Assembly (NCBI RefSeq): GCF_001194135.2
Contig: NC_068987.1
Location: 38,517,506-38,560,787, forward strand
Direction: 5' to 3'
Length of the DNA stretch: 43,282 nt
From: Octopus bimaculoides
Lineage: Eukaryota
The notes beneath the pieces are model-generated. The model was not told where the DNA came from and made no database searches. It saw only the letters and a list, made by a program, of their open reading frames with translations. Position 1 is the stretch's first letter. The number at the start of each line of letters is the position of its first letter. The translations under genes and the position numbers were made by a program. Below, one piece after another: positions 23,521-37,435 of this stretch.

Positions 23521-26344
23521 TCATCTTGTGGTATTTATTACTATTGTTGTTGTTTTTATTGTTTAAAACTTTGTTGAACAATCTAATAAAGTGTCAGCTG
23601 TCTGAAAACACCCTCCACTCAGATTTCAAGAATTCTACTGAGGTTTCATGCAGTTCCAAGCAACAATGTTTTTCTATCGATGCTCTATCTTCACATTTAC
23701 CCTTATTTTCTTAATCTATTTTGTGAGTTCAGTACTTATAGTTCTCAAAGATCCAACAACAGGTTCAACATTCACCTTCTTCTATAATGACAGTCTTTTT
23801 ATTTCCCACTTCAATTCATTATATCCAACCTGTTTCTCTTCTTTTTCCAATATACTATCATCACCAGGGTATGCAATATCTATGACTAAACAGTTTTTTT
23901 CCTCTTTATTCACAACCACTATAACTGGCTTTCACTGTTCAATTACATAATAACATTGGTTTACTACATCTCACAATGTCTCCTAACCTTATCATTCTCA
24001 ATTACACCTTCTGGAATTTGCCCACACCATGCCATTGCTGTAACCAATCGATACTTGCTACACAGCTCCCAATGAATCATTTTTGCATCATTTTATGTTC
24101 TTTTATGTTCTTTTTGTTCTTGTCTTCTTTTATGTTCTTTTTGTTCCAGCTTCATGCACTCATTAACAAAATATCACTTTTATCACTGTACAATCTGCAT
24201 TTGTTACTTTCTGCACAACCTTTAAACCAAAGACAAGAAGTAAATCCATTCAGTTTCTTCCCATCATCCACTGGCTCCAGAGTTGAGAATGTATATTTAT
24301 TCTGGGTAGATCTCATTTTATAAATAGGGTTATCTCACTGAGGCAACCAAGTCAACTAGTTAATATGACAATCTATGAAGATTTCTGGAATCAAGGGTAT
24401 TACTACAATGGCGTCATATTACATACACTGACAGTGAGAGTGATAGAGATGCATTCAGGCAAGCCATCAATATCTTTTCATGGATAAAGCATCAAACCAT
24501 TCTCCAGAAAAACTGGTATTTGTAAAATGTAACAGCTTGAGTGTTGATCAGAGAATGTCTTTTGGTTGTAAATTGTCCCAAACTTTCTCAGTCAATTACT
24601 CCAATCTAGATTTAGCAATCCAAGCCCCCTCCACATTTTTAAAGTTTTACCCATCCCTCTGCTTAAAAAAAAAAAAGAGAATAGTTATCTGTTAAAGAGT
24701 TGCAAGCATGAATAGAACAAAGAAATTAAGTGAGGGAATTAGAGAGGAGCATGTTGAATTCCTGAGGCAGAAAGAATGTGCCACTGATCAAAGGATAGTT
24801 AAGAGGGCTCACAATAAAACCATAAACTGGTAAAGCTCTCAACCTTCTCTTTCATTGACCTAACATCTGATTGAGTTAAAGGTGTTTTTTAAATTGAGTT
24901 TGAGAACTATCTGGAAGCCATCAATGAACAAAACAAAAACACCATTATAAACTTCAGAACAGCTAATTGGAATCAATATCATCAGGAAACTGAAAAGAAG
25001 TTTGCAAAATTTAATAACACCAACATAACTACTGCAGTACACACTATTTCAACAAACCAATTGTAAACACTTTCAAAAAAAGAAAAAACTCAATATGTCA
25101 ATAGAAAAAGCTAACTTTATTAAAACTATGAGCTTTAAACATAATAGACCGACATCACACAAACGAAATAAAACTCGACACCAAACAAATAATATGAAAA
25201 TAACAAATATAAAAAACTGGCACATATTTCTAGTTAATATAAATCCACCCCCAAACAACAGAACATTATAATGAGTATTTCAAAGCATCAACAATGACTA
25301 CCAATGACTACACCACATTCTATACAAAAAAATAAAGAAAAGAAAAAAACTCATAAAATGTCAGAAACACTCTTATCAAATATTTTGTAGAAATCAGACA
25401 TCTCAACCTACCGCCTTCAAAACAAACAAACACACACACACACACACACGTAGAAAATGAAAATTATGCACTGAGATCATAATGGATTTCTTCTTTTAAC
25501 TTGAACATCTAAAAAGTAATAAGAAAAGTTAAAATTTCAAATATACTCTAGGCCTGACAAAATCACAAACATACGCTTAAATAGCAAGTGTTTGAAGGAA
25601 TTACTGCATCCAGCATCATCTACAAGCCCTGGGTCTAACAAGTCAGAAACTGGATAAAATCATAGCAATTTAAGAACCTTAAGTGATATTTAACTTGACC
25701 CATCACTTTCCTATACAGACCATCAAATATTTCAGTAAGGCTCATCTTTGGTAGCACTAATCCACACATCTAAAGCTCTCAAAATGAATTCACTCTACTC
25801 AACTATTACATTACTCATGAACATAATATAATGGATGAATAATGATTTCAACAATAAACCTCCCTTATACACCATTCTATTGACAATGCTTTATATTCCA
25901 CTCAATACTATCCACTTACACACATCAACACTTTCTTAAGAAACAACATCAAACTCTATCTAGCAAGCTACCTGTCAAGTCTTTAAACTTGTATAGAGTA
26001 AAAATATAGCACTTCTAAAACTTACCTTCTCCATCCTTACACCCACACTTTTCAACCAACAAGTACATGATCTTCCCACGTATCCTGAAGACATATACAT
26101 AGGGTCAACTAACATTACACTTGCATCTTCCAAACTATTCGCCACAAACTACTGCACAACTACTCCAAACTTGCAACAGTTGCCTAGAAACCAAGTTCTA
26201 AAATAAAAGTTGATTTAGTTGTATCTACCAAGTCAGCTCCCTTTTCACCGGTAACACAAGATAGCATCAGATACAAAAACCATCACATCCAACAATATAT
26301 CACACATGCACGTATACACACACACATACATGCACACAGACACA

Positions 26345-26700
26345 CATCATCATCATCATCATCATCATCGTTTAGTGTCTGCTTTCCATGCTGGCATGGG
26401 TTGGACGGTTTGATTGATCTGGCAATGTTTCTACAGCTAGATGCCCTTCCTAACGCCAACCACTCTGAGAGTGTAGTGGGTGCTTTTTACATGCACAAGA
26501 GCCAGTCAGGCGGGCCTGGCATCGATCATGTTTGGATAGTGTTTTTTATGTGCCACCAGCATGAGAGCCAGTCTGGGAGTACTGGCATTAGCCACATTCG
26601 GATGGTGCTTTTTACATGTCACTGGCACAGGGACCAGTCAGGTAGACCTGGCATCGACCACGTTCGGACGGTGCTTTTTATGTGCCACCAGCATGGGAAC
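26345..26700 (-). mobile_element. RTE 3' UTR fragment with sub-repeats
   Basis: (CAT)n followed by the reverse complement of the shared RTE tail. Confidence 0.82.
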
Positions 26701-27167
26701 TAGAAGACAAAGTGACTAATATTACATACAACACTTAGCATTCACAGCATATGTAAAAGACATATTAGGAAAAGCAAGATTACATCCAGACATGCTAAGA
26801 ATACTTACAGGTACAATATTAAACCAACAGAAAGAAACAAAAATAGCATATAGACACTACATCAGATCTATTACAGACAATGCCAACCCTCTCTTGATAC
26901 TCCTTTCCTTAATCTTCCTACAGTAAATTACAAAGAACACACATCACACTGTGTATCCTTTTAAGTTGTGCAGAGATCACATCCATAAACTACCAACCAA
27001 CACAATGACACAAAAAATGAAAAAAAGATATGTGAAAGACACAACTTGTTTCAACAGCAAACTTCACTTCTCACAGTACCAATCAAAACATAAAACAAAA
27101 ATCATATCCACAATCGTACACAAATATATACCTTAGAATAATAGTGCAAAAGTCTCCTAAAAGCACT

Positions 27168-30100
27168 TAGGCCATGGGCTAGTGGGGGTCATGTGATTTA
27201 CTTTAATGAGTATTTTCATGTAGCCCTCGGTCTAACAAGTGAGAAAATTGATGCTGCCAGAAAAAAAAAAAAAAAAACTGGAATGGAAGATACCCACCAT
27301 AGACTTTTTGACCACACTCACTATTACGGTTGGCAGCAGAAATTAGGGTATGGAAAATTCAAACAGCTCTAACTTTGCAATTCTTCACCAAAATACTTCA
27401 AATGACCCCTTAAAATGGTTGCCTGGTCAAGTTCATGCAAATGCTAAGCAAATTTATTCTGTGAAAAGGTCATCAGAGGTCAATAGGTCATGAACTTTGA
27501 CCTTCACCTATAATATCTTGCATTCACAGGTTTTATTTTTCACCAAGACCATATAACGTTTTTTTTTTTATTGAAAATTAATCAAAACGAAGGTTTATAC
27601 ATGCTTTTTAAAACCAAAATTAAAAATAAAAAGTTGAATAAAGTAGTGTTTACCCCATAGAATGTGATATATTTCTGAACTTTTACATAAAGTTTTGTAG
27701 GTATAGCTGAATGTGTTGAATAGAAGTAAGGCAAAATCTGGCAAGTGGTACTTTGGAACCTTTCCTTAGATCATTGCAAATGACCACACAAGATGAGATT
27801 TGAGTTGATCTATAAAATGAAACCTCAACTTATGCAAATATCTTTATCAAAGATGCTGTTGAAGTCAAAAGTTAACATAAGTTGACCCTACCTACACCAT
27901 AACAGTTTGTAATACATGGTCATCATGAAATGTGCCATATGATTTTAATATTGAGACAACTGCTGGCTTGTATAATACTTTCTAACTCTCAAGTTTAAAC
28001 AAACTTTATTTCAAGTGTTGTGGCAGTTACCTTCCTTCCTTGTAGGTATATACACAGAATTAAAACAATGAATGTATGAGTGTGCTTTAAAGTTGAGTTA
28101 GAAATCTCAGCCGAACACCTTTCAGATCATTAAAATTTGAATTAACACATTTTCAGTAAGCATTCATCCTAATTCTTACCTGGTCGTATCGTATTTTCAT
28201 AACAAAAAAAAATCTGTTCTTAGTTTCATTAACTTTGTAATGCATTGGACTTCGTCCCTTCCACATACGCCACTTCATGAGTCATTTCAAGTGTCCGATT
28301 ATTAATCATCACCATTACTTTCAGTATCAATGTCCGATTCTACTCTGTCAAGTTCACTAAGTTCACTGTCACTATCAGGGTCAGAATCTTCAGGTTCTTC
28401 CAGAAAATCCACCAACTGATGGGGCATCACTTCACCCTGTGTCCACTTCAGCTTCATGATTCCATGTCCTTCATCTGGTTTAGGCACTGAAGGCTTTACA
28501 ATGTTTGCAAGCTTCCATATCCTGGTCTGGAAGTTGCTTCGCTGAACATGTTGCTTGAGGACGTTTCTACATGGGGGCAGTAAAGTGAGATCAAATTGTT
28601 TAGATATTGTGAAATCATCCTTCCTACTGCACTTCACACACAAGGGTGTGAACCACAATGTATTCACCTTTTTGTCCTTTTGTTACCATACAGCATACAT
28701 GTGAACCGCTCCGGTTCATTCATCACCTCATCGTCGACTTCCCAAGACTCCTTAACTTGAAGAATGCTTTCTGGAATGATTCATCTATTTCAGCAACTTT
28801 TAGTCCCTTCATTTACCCCTTCCCTTTGAAGACATGATAACCCAGCAATGCAGAACAGAGAACAGGCATGGAAGACATAGCCAGCTTGGTCATATCAATA
28901 CAGTGTCGTGTGTTACCCTTTCTAGTTTCAAACAAAATTTGAAGTCTTTCCAGGAATTTAGCATGGCAAAGTAAAATGAAAAATATGTCTGAATTGGAAC
29001 TCCTCATGCAAATGGATTTGCATCCCCATTCTTTGGCATACATGCAGTACAAGATCACACGAGTGTCAGTTTCTTCCTTTGAAGATTTGAGAGAGTGTAT
29101 TTCTTGACAGGATGTATTTTGTCCATCTGATGTCAACTGGTAAGCTTTTCCTTCACATATCAGAACTATCTCATGTCCGGTGAGAATGTCAGCAGACACC
29201 TCACTCCTCCAAGTTGAGAGCAAAAGCTCAATGAACTGTGCCTTGTTCTCATCATTTGCAAAAAAGACTTTTCAGTTCCTTGGACACTTTGTTTTTCATC
29301 ACTCAGGTTGAGTTTGTCTCCAACATCGCGTCTATTTTGTTCCACTCCTTTTACAGAGTCTTCCTTGTACATGTCAGTGCTAAATATGACAGGTGATCCC
29401 AACACCTTACAAGAGCAGATCCCAACACCCTATGAGATATTTCCCCAAATGTTTGTGTAAGCAATGGAACACTGCATTTCCATTCTCTATGATGAAGCTC
29501 TGTCTTGGATCAGGTAATTGTGCATCATTAATTTCTTTCACATGTTTGAAGCTTTTTGATTTGTCTGTTTTTGCTAAAAATCCATCTGCCAATCCAATGC
29601 TGTATGGAATATTGTATCAATGGTATGTCAATGCTGTATCAATGGGTATGTCAACAGTTTGCCATGGTCAAATTTCCGATCAATCTGTGCTTGAGACTTC
29701 GCTAGTAAGTGAAACGCTATGTTTCCTTTCTGCTTGTACTAAACAACTTTGTTTTGAGAAGTTCAGAGTTTCATGGACTGGTGCATGTGTACCAGGATTT
29801 TCAAATTTCGGCATTTAATAGGATCAAAGAAACCATCCTTCGTTAGTCTGTTTTCTATGAAGTCTTCTTTTACTAGCCAACCAACAGTCTCAGTAGTGAA
29901 GATGTCCTTCGCAACTTCTGAAGCCAGAGCACCGGATTACAGATTGTATGACTTTCCATCAGATGGGATGTTGAAAGGGTTGTTGAAGCACTTGATAGCT
30001 GCAATGGTCCTTGAGACAAGTTTCTCACTGGTGACAATTTGACAAGGGTGGACATCTCGGTGTTGCTGTCCTTTGTCTTCTTCATCAGACATTCCCGCTA

Positions 30101-31285
30101 GACAAAATGTAGCCTGAAGAAATTTGGCTTATTCTTTACCAGACTTTGTCCATCTTTGACAGGTACTATAGTTTGTTTGCAAAGGCCTGCTCCAGTCGAG
30201 CCACTTCCACCTTTTGATTTTGCATATAAAGTTTCTTCGGTTGTCTTGTCAACAGCACACCTATTTCCTGGAATAAAGGATCTTGCCACACTAATTGCAC
30301 CTCTCTTTAATAGATCCTCTGCACCAGGATGAGAATGTTCAATGTTGGCAATAAACATAAAAAAGAATGTGAAGTACCGGGCATAGTTGTGTCCTGTGAA
30401 GCTGAAGAAGAGATCAGGCATAAGGCAGAGGCACTGCGTGTATACTGTAAAGTTGTTTGTCTTTACAACTTGTAAAAGCACATTGACAGTCAAACATGAT
30501 TAATGTATGACATCCAAAGAGCAACAGTCTTTCCATGTTGAATGTTCTCACAGAAATGGAGATATTCCTCAATGTATAGACAAATTTTCCTAATCATTCA
30601 ATACTGCATTTTCAGTCTCCTTGCTGGGAAATGTGAGTCTCTCAATACAATCCCTGAAAGATTTTGGTAACTTTTTCCAAACGGTACTTCATCCCGATTT
30701 TATAGAAAACCAGCACCAATCTCTCGAGGGCTACCATCAGAACTTTGTGGCAGTTAAGTGAGCATGCATAGTTCTTGGCTGAAATGACATCCAACAAAGA
30801 CTCAGATGTCATAAGACCAGCTTCAAGATTTCAGTTAATCCCGTTCCGTCAATTTTCTTCCTTAAAATCTTCAGATAGCACCAGGCTAGCACTAGTCATG
30901 ACGATGTGGTCTTCATACTGGCTTGTGTTGCTCCATACTAGTGGAAACGCTTTCATACACACGCCCAGGTCAAATGTAGTGATGACAAAATGCTTCTTCT
31001 GAGTATTTTAGGCATTACTGTATGACTCTGATGTGACTGGATGAGATATGATTGGTTAATACTCAATGGTTAACAGTTGTACAGGAGTGTCTCCAGTCAG
31101 GGAAACATATCCTCCCCAGCCGGGAGGGCGTGGTCAATAAGTCCATGGGGGATATCTTCCATACCAGTTTTTTTTCTTCTGGCAACATCAATTTTCTGAC
31201 TTATTAGACCCAGGGCTACATGAAAATACCCATTAAATTAAATCACAAGTGGGGTACACCATGGCACCCACTATCCAATGGCCTA
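27168..31285 (-). mobile_element. Academ (AcademX-type) DNA transposon, internally deleted
   Basis: Termini TAGGCCA...TGGCCTA, ~135-bp imperfect TIRs, ACT 3-bp TSD (27165-27167 and 31286-31288), transposase and XPG-like remnants. Confidence 0.85.
28302..31110 (-). pseudogene. Academ transposase / XPG-like nuclease pseudogene
   Basis: TTFDLGVCMKAFPLVW...YEDHIV; HNYARY...HPGA; KEETDTRVILY...SNSDIFFILL; LLGYH...KGKG; LPPCRNVLKQHVQRSNFQTRIWK; acidic tail. Confidence 0.8.
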
Positions 31286-32902
31286 ACTATCTCCTACTCA
31301 ACTCTGACAAACATAAGAAATACCTACACAGAGAAATAGTAACAGAGTCAGAAGCCCAAACACTATACTGGGATGTACACAACCACTACCAAGTGCAGAG
31401 ACATAGTAACTATGAAACCCTGGCTGAATTCAGCTTGCTAATCTCAACTGTGTTCACCATCAAAATCTAGATTCAACAGATATAGACTGGACAATGAAGA
31501 CAGCATGTCCAGACTGTTGCACTACATCTCACATGATTCATCACTGCATATCTGAGTGTAAACTATAGTTTGCAACTAGATGAAGGTATGGCATACATGA
31601 AACAACAGGTCTGAAGGTGTATTTGATTTGGTACTAAACCACAACAATTATGACCCACTTCATAGAATACATACTAAATGCTTTGCTTTACCTAACTATG
31701 TTCTCCTAGAATACATACTACAAACTTTACCTGATCTTTCTTCTTCACAATAACAACTCTGTGGACATCTTTCCTAATCCATACTTCCAAAGATACATCT
31801 GCCTTACAATTCCAGTTGGGAATCCTTGTAAATACTATGAGTACCCCTTTAATGAATTATATCAAAAATAAATAGTTTTGAAATTATTTGATACTTGAAT
31901 ATTTTTAATTTCTCATGACCCTGCCCATCAAATTTTACAGGAGAATTTCTGATTTAAAGTTACTGACACCAGATTTTTTTTTTTCATGTGTATGGAAGTG
32001 GGAGACAATACTCAGGATCCTTTACCAAGCCATCAAGGTTGGTGGAAGGAAGAGAAGAAGATATACTCACAACCAGAGACCTGGTCTGAATGATTTCAAT
32101 GAACTAGATTATGCTAAAGGCAACCTAGGTGTCAGGTTGTAGTGTAAAACCAGATGACAGATAAAAGTCTACTATCAAAGCAGGCAATGAATACCCAGAA
32201 TCAAAGCAAATACTGCAAAGCATCTAATCCAACTTATAGTTCTCCCAATCCACCATCAGATCAAATACTAAGAGGCATTCTATTTGATGCTCTAACAATG
32301 CTACCAATTCACCACATCAATTTCCTTATATAGTTTTTCATGATGCTTGTCCTCTTAAAACTTGCAAAGTTACCTAATTATAGAAGAGGTTAGAATTTCT
32401 CAGAATGACTTGCAATATTTAATTATTAGCTGAATAATCTGTCATTGCCAGGCAAGTTTTACAATAGAATGCCTTATATTAAATTTTGTTTATTTCATGT
32501 CAGATCATGCCTTCTCCGACAGATATGCTTTTTGATCAGGACAGATTTGTGCAATTTTTTGCAAAAAAGCCTCCATTGAGGATTTTTTTTCCATTTTAAA
32601 TTATTTACATGTCTGTTCAACCATTTCACATGACTTTATTCATTAAAACTTTTAAAACTTCAGAAGTTCTTACAACTTTGGTTGTTGTAATGTTTTGCGA
32701 TTGCTTGTTTAATAAAAATTCCCCCTCGTAATGATTTTGCTTTTATTTTGTAATTGACAGCTATCATGCAGAAAATACCAGCTTCCAAATCCTGTTTTGT
32801 GATTAGGTAAAGTTGATTAAACTTTAAACCTCAGTAACATTTTTCTGAAACAAAAAATAACAAAATTGGATTTAACGTGGAAAATTATTCAATATGCCAT
32901 TC

Positions 32903-33085
32903 TGACATAATTTTAAAATTTCACAATATCTGACAGCAACAGGGAAAGCCCCACAAAAGTAGAGAGACAGACAGTTATAGGACATCTCACACACACACAC
33001 ATACACACACACACATATACACACACACACATTTACAAACATACACACAGACAATCACGAGTTTAAAATGTTGTATAGTAGACAT
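32903..33085. repeat. Direct repeat; the second copy is at 35059-35229 inside the Sola2 transposase
   Basis: TGACATAATTTT...GGGAAAGCCCCACAAAAGTAGAGAGACAGACAGTTATAGGAC...(CA)n...TAGTAGACAT present in both copies. Confidence 0.92.
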
Positions 33086-33133
33086 GTGTATGTATGTATG
33101 TATGTGTGTGTGTATGTACGTATGTATGTATAT

Positions 33134-36100
33134 GGGTGATTCCATGTAAACCAGGAACAAAAAATGGTATTCTTGAAACCCATTATCTTAGATTTTCACC
33201 AAATTTTGACCAGTTGTTCCTATCAGTAAGAACAGAAAAAGTGCAAAATTTCAGGCCCCAACTCCCAACGCTTCAAATGTTATGTCAATTTGAAATTTGG
33301 CTCAAATCACCTGTTTTAGACCTGCAGCTGCCATCTTGAATTTGAATGCCATAACAAATAATGTAATAACTTTCAATCCACATGGACTATTTATCTGAAA
33401 ATTTGTACCAGACCAATTTTTTAGGGTGCCGAATCTGAATTTGAAGAGAAAAAAGTGTATTTCTCATGGCTAAGTGCTTGTTTTCTTAATCAAAATGAAA
33501 AGACTTCACCGTTTTTCCCCTGACACTGCTGTGTACTCAGAGCCAAATTCACAGAAGTGCCTAAATCCTACAGCTTCAAAGCTGGACATAATCTTTTACT
33601 TGTCTGTTAAAAATCTCAAGACATCAAAAGTTATTACCATCCATTTCAGAAGCATAATTTTTGAATTTTTTTCAAAAGCAAATGTTGTGTCAGAAAATTG
33701 ATTATGTTTGACCAGTCAGTTAAAAACAATCAATGCATCCAGCATTGATGGCAAATCATGGTTCAAGAGGTAATAATGCAACAGATATCATTTTCAGACT
33801 TAATATCGATTACATATAACATTCCTGACTCATAGTAATCCTGTTGTGACCAAGAGACTTTGTACCCTCCAGTCCACACCAAATTTTCACAAGTTCTGAG
33901 GATGTTTATACCATGATGAAACTCTGCACACAATATCATGTACTTTGTACCAGTAAAGTTTCCATGCAATCCTTTTCAAACATTTTACTTTGTATGGTGT
34001 TGTTCTTCCAGAAATATTGTCATCAGTTACTTCTGAGCAGCCAATATTTTCCAAAACATGATGCAACATAGAAAAGAGCTCGAATTTTTGCCATATTTTG
34101 GTCTATCCACCTTCAGCAAAATGGTTGCCAAGAGAAAATTACACCAGATATGAAGCTCGTTTTTGTTTTGAAACAACAGTAGATAGATTTCAGTCACATT
34201 GATAAATTTTCAGACCAGCTGTTGAGAGACAAAGTCACAAAAAATGAAAATTAGGGCTTTGCTTGATTCAATAACTTCTTATCACTTGGCTATTTCAATT
34301 CAGTGCCCTGAAAGTTGGTCTGAAATCTTGAGCTTAGTATCGCAACAACACTCACTTTTAAGCAGTATGAAAGCATTTTGTGGCAAGCACTAGATCTTGA
34401 AATTCTAAACTCACCAGTTTTCATGATCTGTCGAACAAAGTTCTGAAGTGCACTGTATCCTCAAACACTCATCGTGAGTATGAATTACACAATGGATAGT
34501 AATATTTCTCCAAAAAGTCAACATACACCCAAATCAAATCATGAAAAGTTAAACTCTAAAAAGGTTGCACATTCGTCAGCAAAAGTGTGTTTACCAGGTT
34601 GATAAAGAGCAAATTTTAGAATTTGGTGTAACAATATAACAGCAAAGGAATTCAGAAAATTTCCTTTTTCAAAAAACAAAATCTGTATTTTGGGGTAAAA
34701 TTTCATCAAAGTGTACCTTCATGTGAGTCATGAGCATGTCTCTTGCTTTCTAGAGAGTCAAACTTGAAGGATGAAATGATTGTGCTCTCGTATCTCGATT
34801 CAAACTCACTTGAAAGAAGGCTCAACAGTCCTACAAACAACAAAATGCCAAACATTCACATGGAAAGTATATCCTTGATCATTTCAGTGTCATTTTTTGT
34901 CAGATGGTACTGTCGAGCAGACGGTGATGACAGTTGAGGAGGTTCAGTTCTGGCAACCACATGTGTCAGTGGTACCCAGCATAAATCATCATCTCTTGTT
35001 GGCCAACTGAATGAATGATTTGAAAGTGTGGATGCATGAATTTCACCTTTGCATAATTTGACATAATTTTGAAATTTCACAATATCTGACAGCAACAGGG
35101 AAAGCCCCACAAAAGTAGAGAGACAGACAGTTATAGGACGTCACATACACATACACACACACACACTTACACACATTTACAAATGTACACACAAACAATT
35201 ACGAGTTTAAAATAGTGCATAGTAGACATCTGTCTGGACAGCAATGCTGAACCAGTGTTGTTCATCATATCTGCAGAGAAGTTTATTACACTGAATGTAT
35301 TTGCCCTGAAAGTCAAACTCAAGAGAAATACATCCGTTTCATCTTGATTGTGTGGTCTGAAGTTGGAGCAAACTGGTGATAACTTCTACTGCTTGGAATA
35401 GTCCTGGCTAAAGCAAATCTTTCAGCCAGTTCATTTCAGTTAGAGTCCATTGCTGCTGAAGGAATGTACACAAATGTGATTCCTTAAATTGAAATTTCAC
35501 AGAATTCAAACATCTGTTTTTCAGACAGAATTTGAGAAGCAATTGGTTGCTGCAGGCTGACTCTTGCCGTCAATCTTTTTACAGTCCTTCCTATTGCATC
35601 ACAGAGTGACTTGCCATGGCTGGTGGCAAAAAAGTTACATACACAACTGATTGAGAAATCTGTGAAGTGATGACAAAAGATTGAGGAAATGTTGCAATTC
35701 TTATATTGAGCAGCACAATCATCTGAAAAATAATGAATAACTTCACTTGACGGATTCAGCCTTTCCTTTATGTGATCTGTTGTCTCCTTCACAACATAGA
35801 GAACAAAACCAACATTATGATCAAAATCATCACAAATGAAGCAAATGGAAGAATTATCAAGCACAGTTTGACTGCGAAAATAGACAACCACAGGATGAAG
35901 TGAGCACAGGGTCTTATTCCAGTGGTATCCCTGGATTTCGTCTTGCAAAACAAATGAATAATTTTCAGCGAAGTTTCCCAAAACTATTGCCTCATTTGGC
36001 CCTATTTTTTCTTTGAGGTGTTTCAAATAAGTTGACTGGTTATGAGCAATGAATGAGTGCATGGTGATTTTGTCATTTTTTTCTGTCAAAAGGTCAACAA

Positions 36101-36930
36101 ATTTTTGAACAGACAGTAACACAGTGATGTGTTCAGTTCTATCGGTTGTTGTCCATTGCTTAAATTGAATTTCTTGCCCTGATGATCAAAATAGACGAGC
36201 TGAAGAAAAGTCATTGAAATCCCAAATGTGGCTTCCCTTTTCATGACAGGGAAACATTATGCTGACCCTGATGAATATTTTCACCTCAAACTAACACCAG
36301 AATTTGAGAACAGAATTTGAAGAAGGAAACAGGAAGTGACAATTTCCTCTGACCACTGTGTTTCCTGTGATTGTGGTTGGAAAATATCAAATGATTGGCT
36401 TGACTTGGTAGTTTGTAACTTTCGATGTCTTGAGAGTGCCATTGAGATTTTTCGCACGCAAGTAAAAGATTATGTCCAGTTTATGTGCAAAAAGTTTTAA
36501 AGCTGTAGGATTTGGGCACTTCTGGTAATTTGGCTTTGAGTACACAGCAGTGTCAGGGGAAAAACGTTGAAGTGCTTTCATTTTGGTTCAAGAAAACAAG
36601 CATTTTGTCATGAGAAATACACTTTTTTCTCTTCAAATTCAGATTCAGCAACCCAAAATAATGATCAGGTGCAAATTTTCAGATGAATAATCCATGTGAA
36701 TTGAAAGTTATTACATTATTTGTTGCGGCACTGAAATTCAAGATGGCAGCCACTAGTCAAAAAGTGGGTGATTTGAGCCAAATTTCAAATCGTCATAACT
36801 TTTGAACTGTTGGGAGTTGAGGCCTGAAATTTTCCACCTTTTATTTTCTTACTGATAGAAACATTTGGTCGAAATTTGGTGAAAATCTGAGATGGGGGAT
36901 TTTATGTCTGTCCCACATTTATATAGAATT
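33134..36930 (-). mobile_element. Sola2-like DNA transposon with ~500-bp TIRs; right terminus eroded
   Basis: Left end GGGTGATTCC (GRG start typical of Sola2); 33182-33636 inverted to ~36405-36895; Sola2-type transposase inside. Confidence 0.75.
34860..36200 (-). pseudogene. Sola2-like transposase pseudogene, N-terminally truncated, interrupted at 35059-35229
   Basis: FKQWTTTDR; NFAENYSF.LQDEIQGYHW; FSDDCAAQYKN; FFATSHGKSLCDAIG; TIPSSRSYHQF; VKFMHP; FSWPTRDDDLCWVP. Confidence 0.8.
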
Positions 36931-36959
36931 AAGTATGTGTGCATGTGTCTGTTTCTTTG

Positions 36960-37435
36960 CGATGTACAGCAGAAAAGCCACCTACCCTCTCTCTCCTTAA
37001 AGCAACCTATTCCTCACACCCACCTTCCTTTCCTTTAGCATTTTAAAAGTTACCTATGTGTATGTGTGTGTGTGTGTGTGTGTATCTATATATTTACAAA
37101 AGTATGTAGCATCATGTGTATATGACAGCTGTATTAACGTTGCCACTCCATATTTGTCATTTACACAATGTTGATCTCCCCTTCCCTGATATCAGTCACA
37201 CTCACTATGCCACTACATTTCCCTCGCACTAACACTCTTTGCACCCTTCTCATTTGATCATATAATAGCTCAACCCTCCCTAAGGGACCCATTATAGATT
37301 TTTATTGAAATTCAATTAGCTTATGATTGAACTGGATGTTAGTTTAACATGTATGCAAAGTTTTGTGAAGATTGGTTCACTGGTTTAGGCAACAAGATTG
37401 TAACAGACAGACAAACAGAAATTCCTATTTATGTA
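36960..37435 (-). mobile_element. Possible non-autonomous Helitron-like element
   Basis: Minus strand begins TATACATAAATAGG...CTGTTTGTCTGTCTGTTAC...GAACCAATCTTCACAAAACTTTGCATAC, a layout common in invertebrate Helitron-like repeats. No 3' CTRR hairpin resolved. Confidence 0.35.

Larger units (their letters stand above)
24900..32000 (+). mobile_element. Possible very old L1/Tx1-like LINE, interrupted by the RTE tail at 26345 and by the Academ element
   Basis: C/A-rich tract with scattered motif-like peptides: INFRTANW (~24950), YFSKA (~25730), CPDC...IHHCISEC (~31505-31560). Heavily decayed. Confidence 0.3.
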
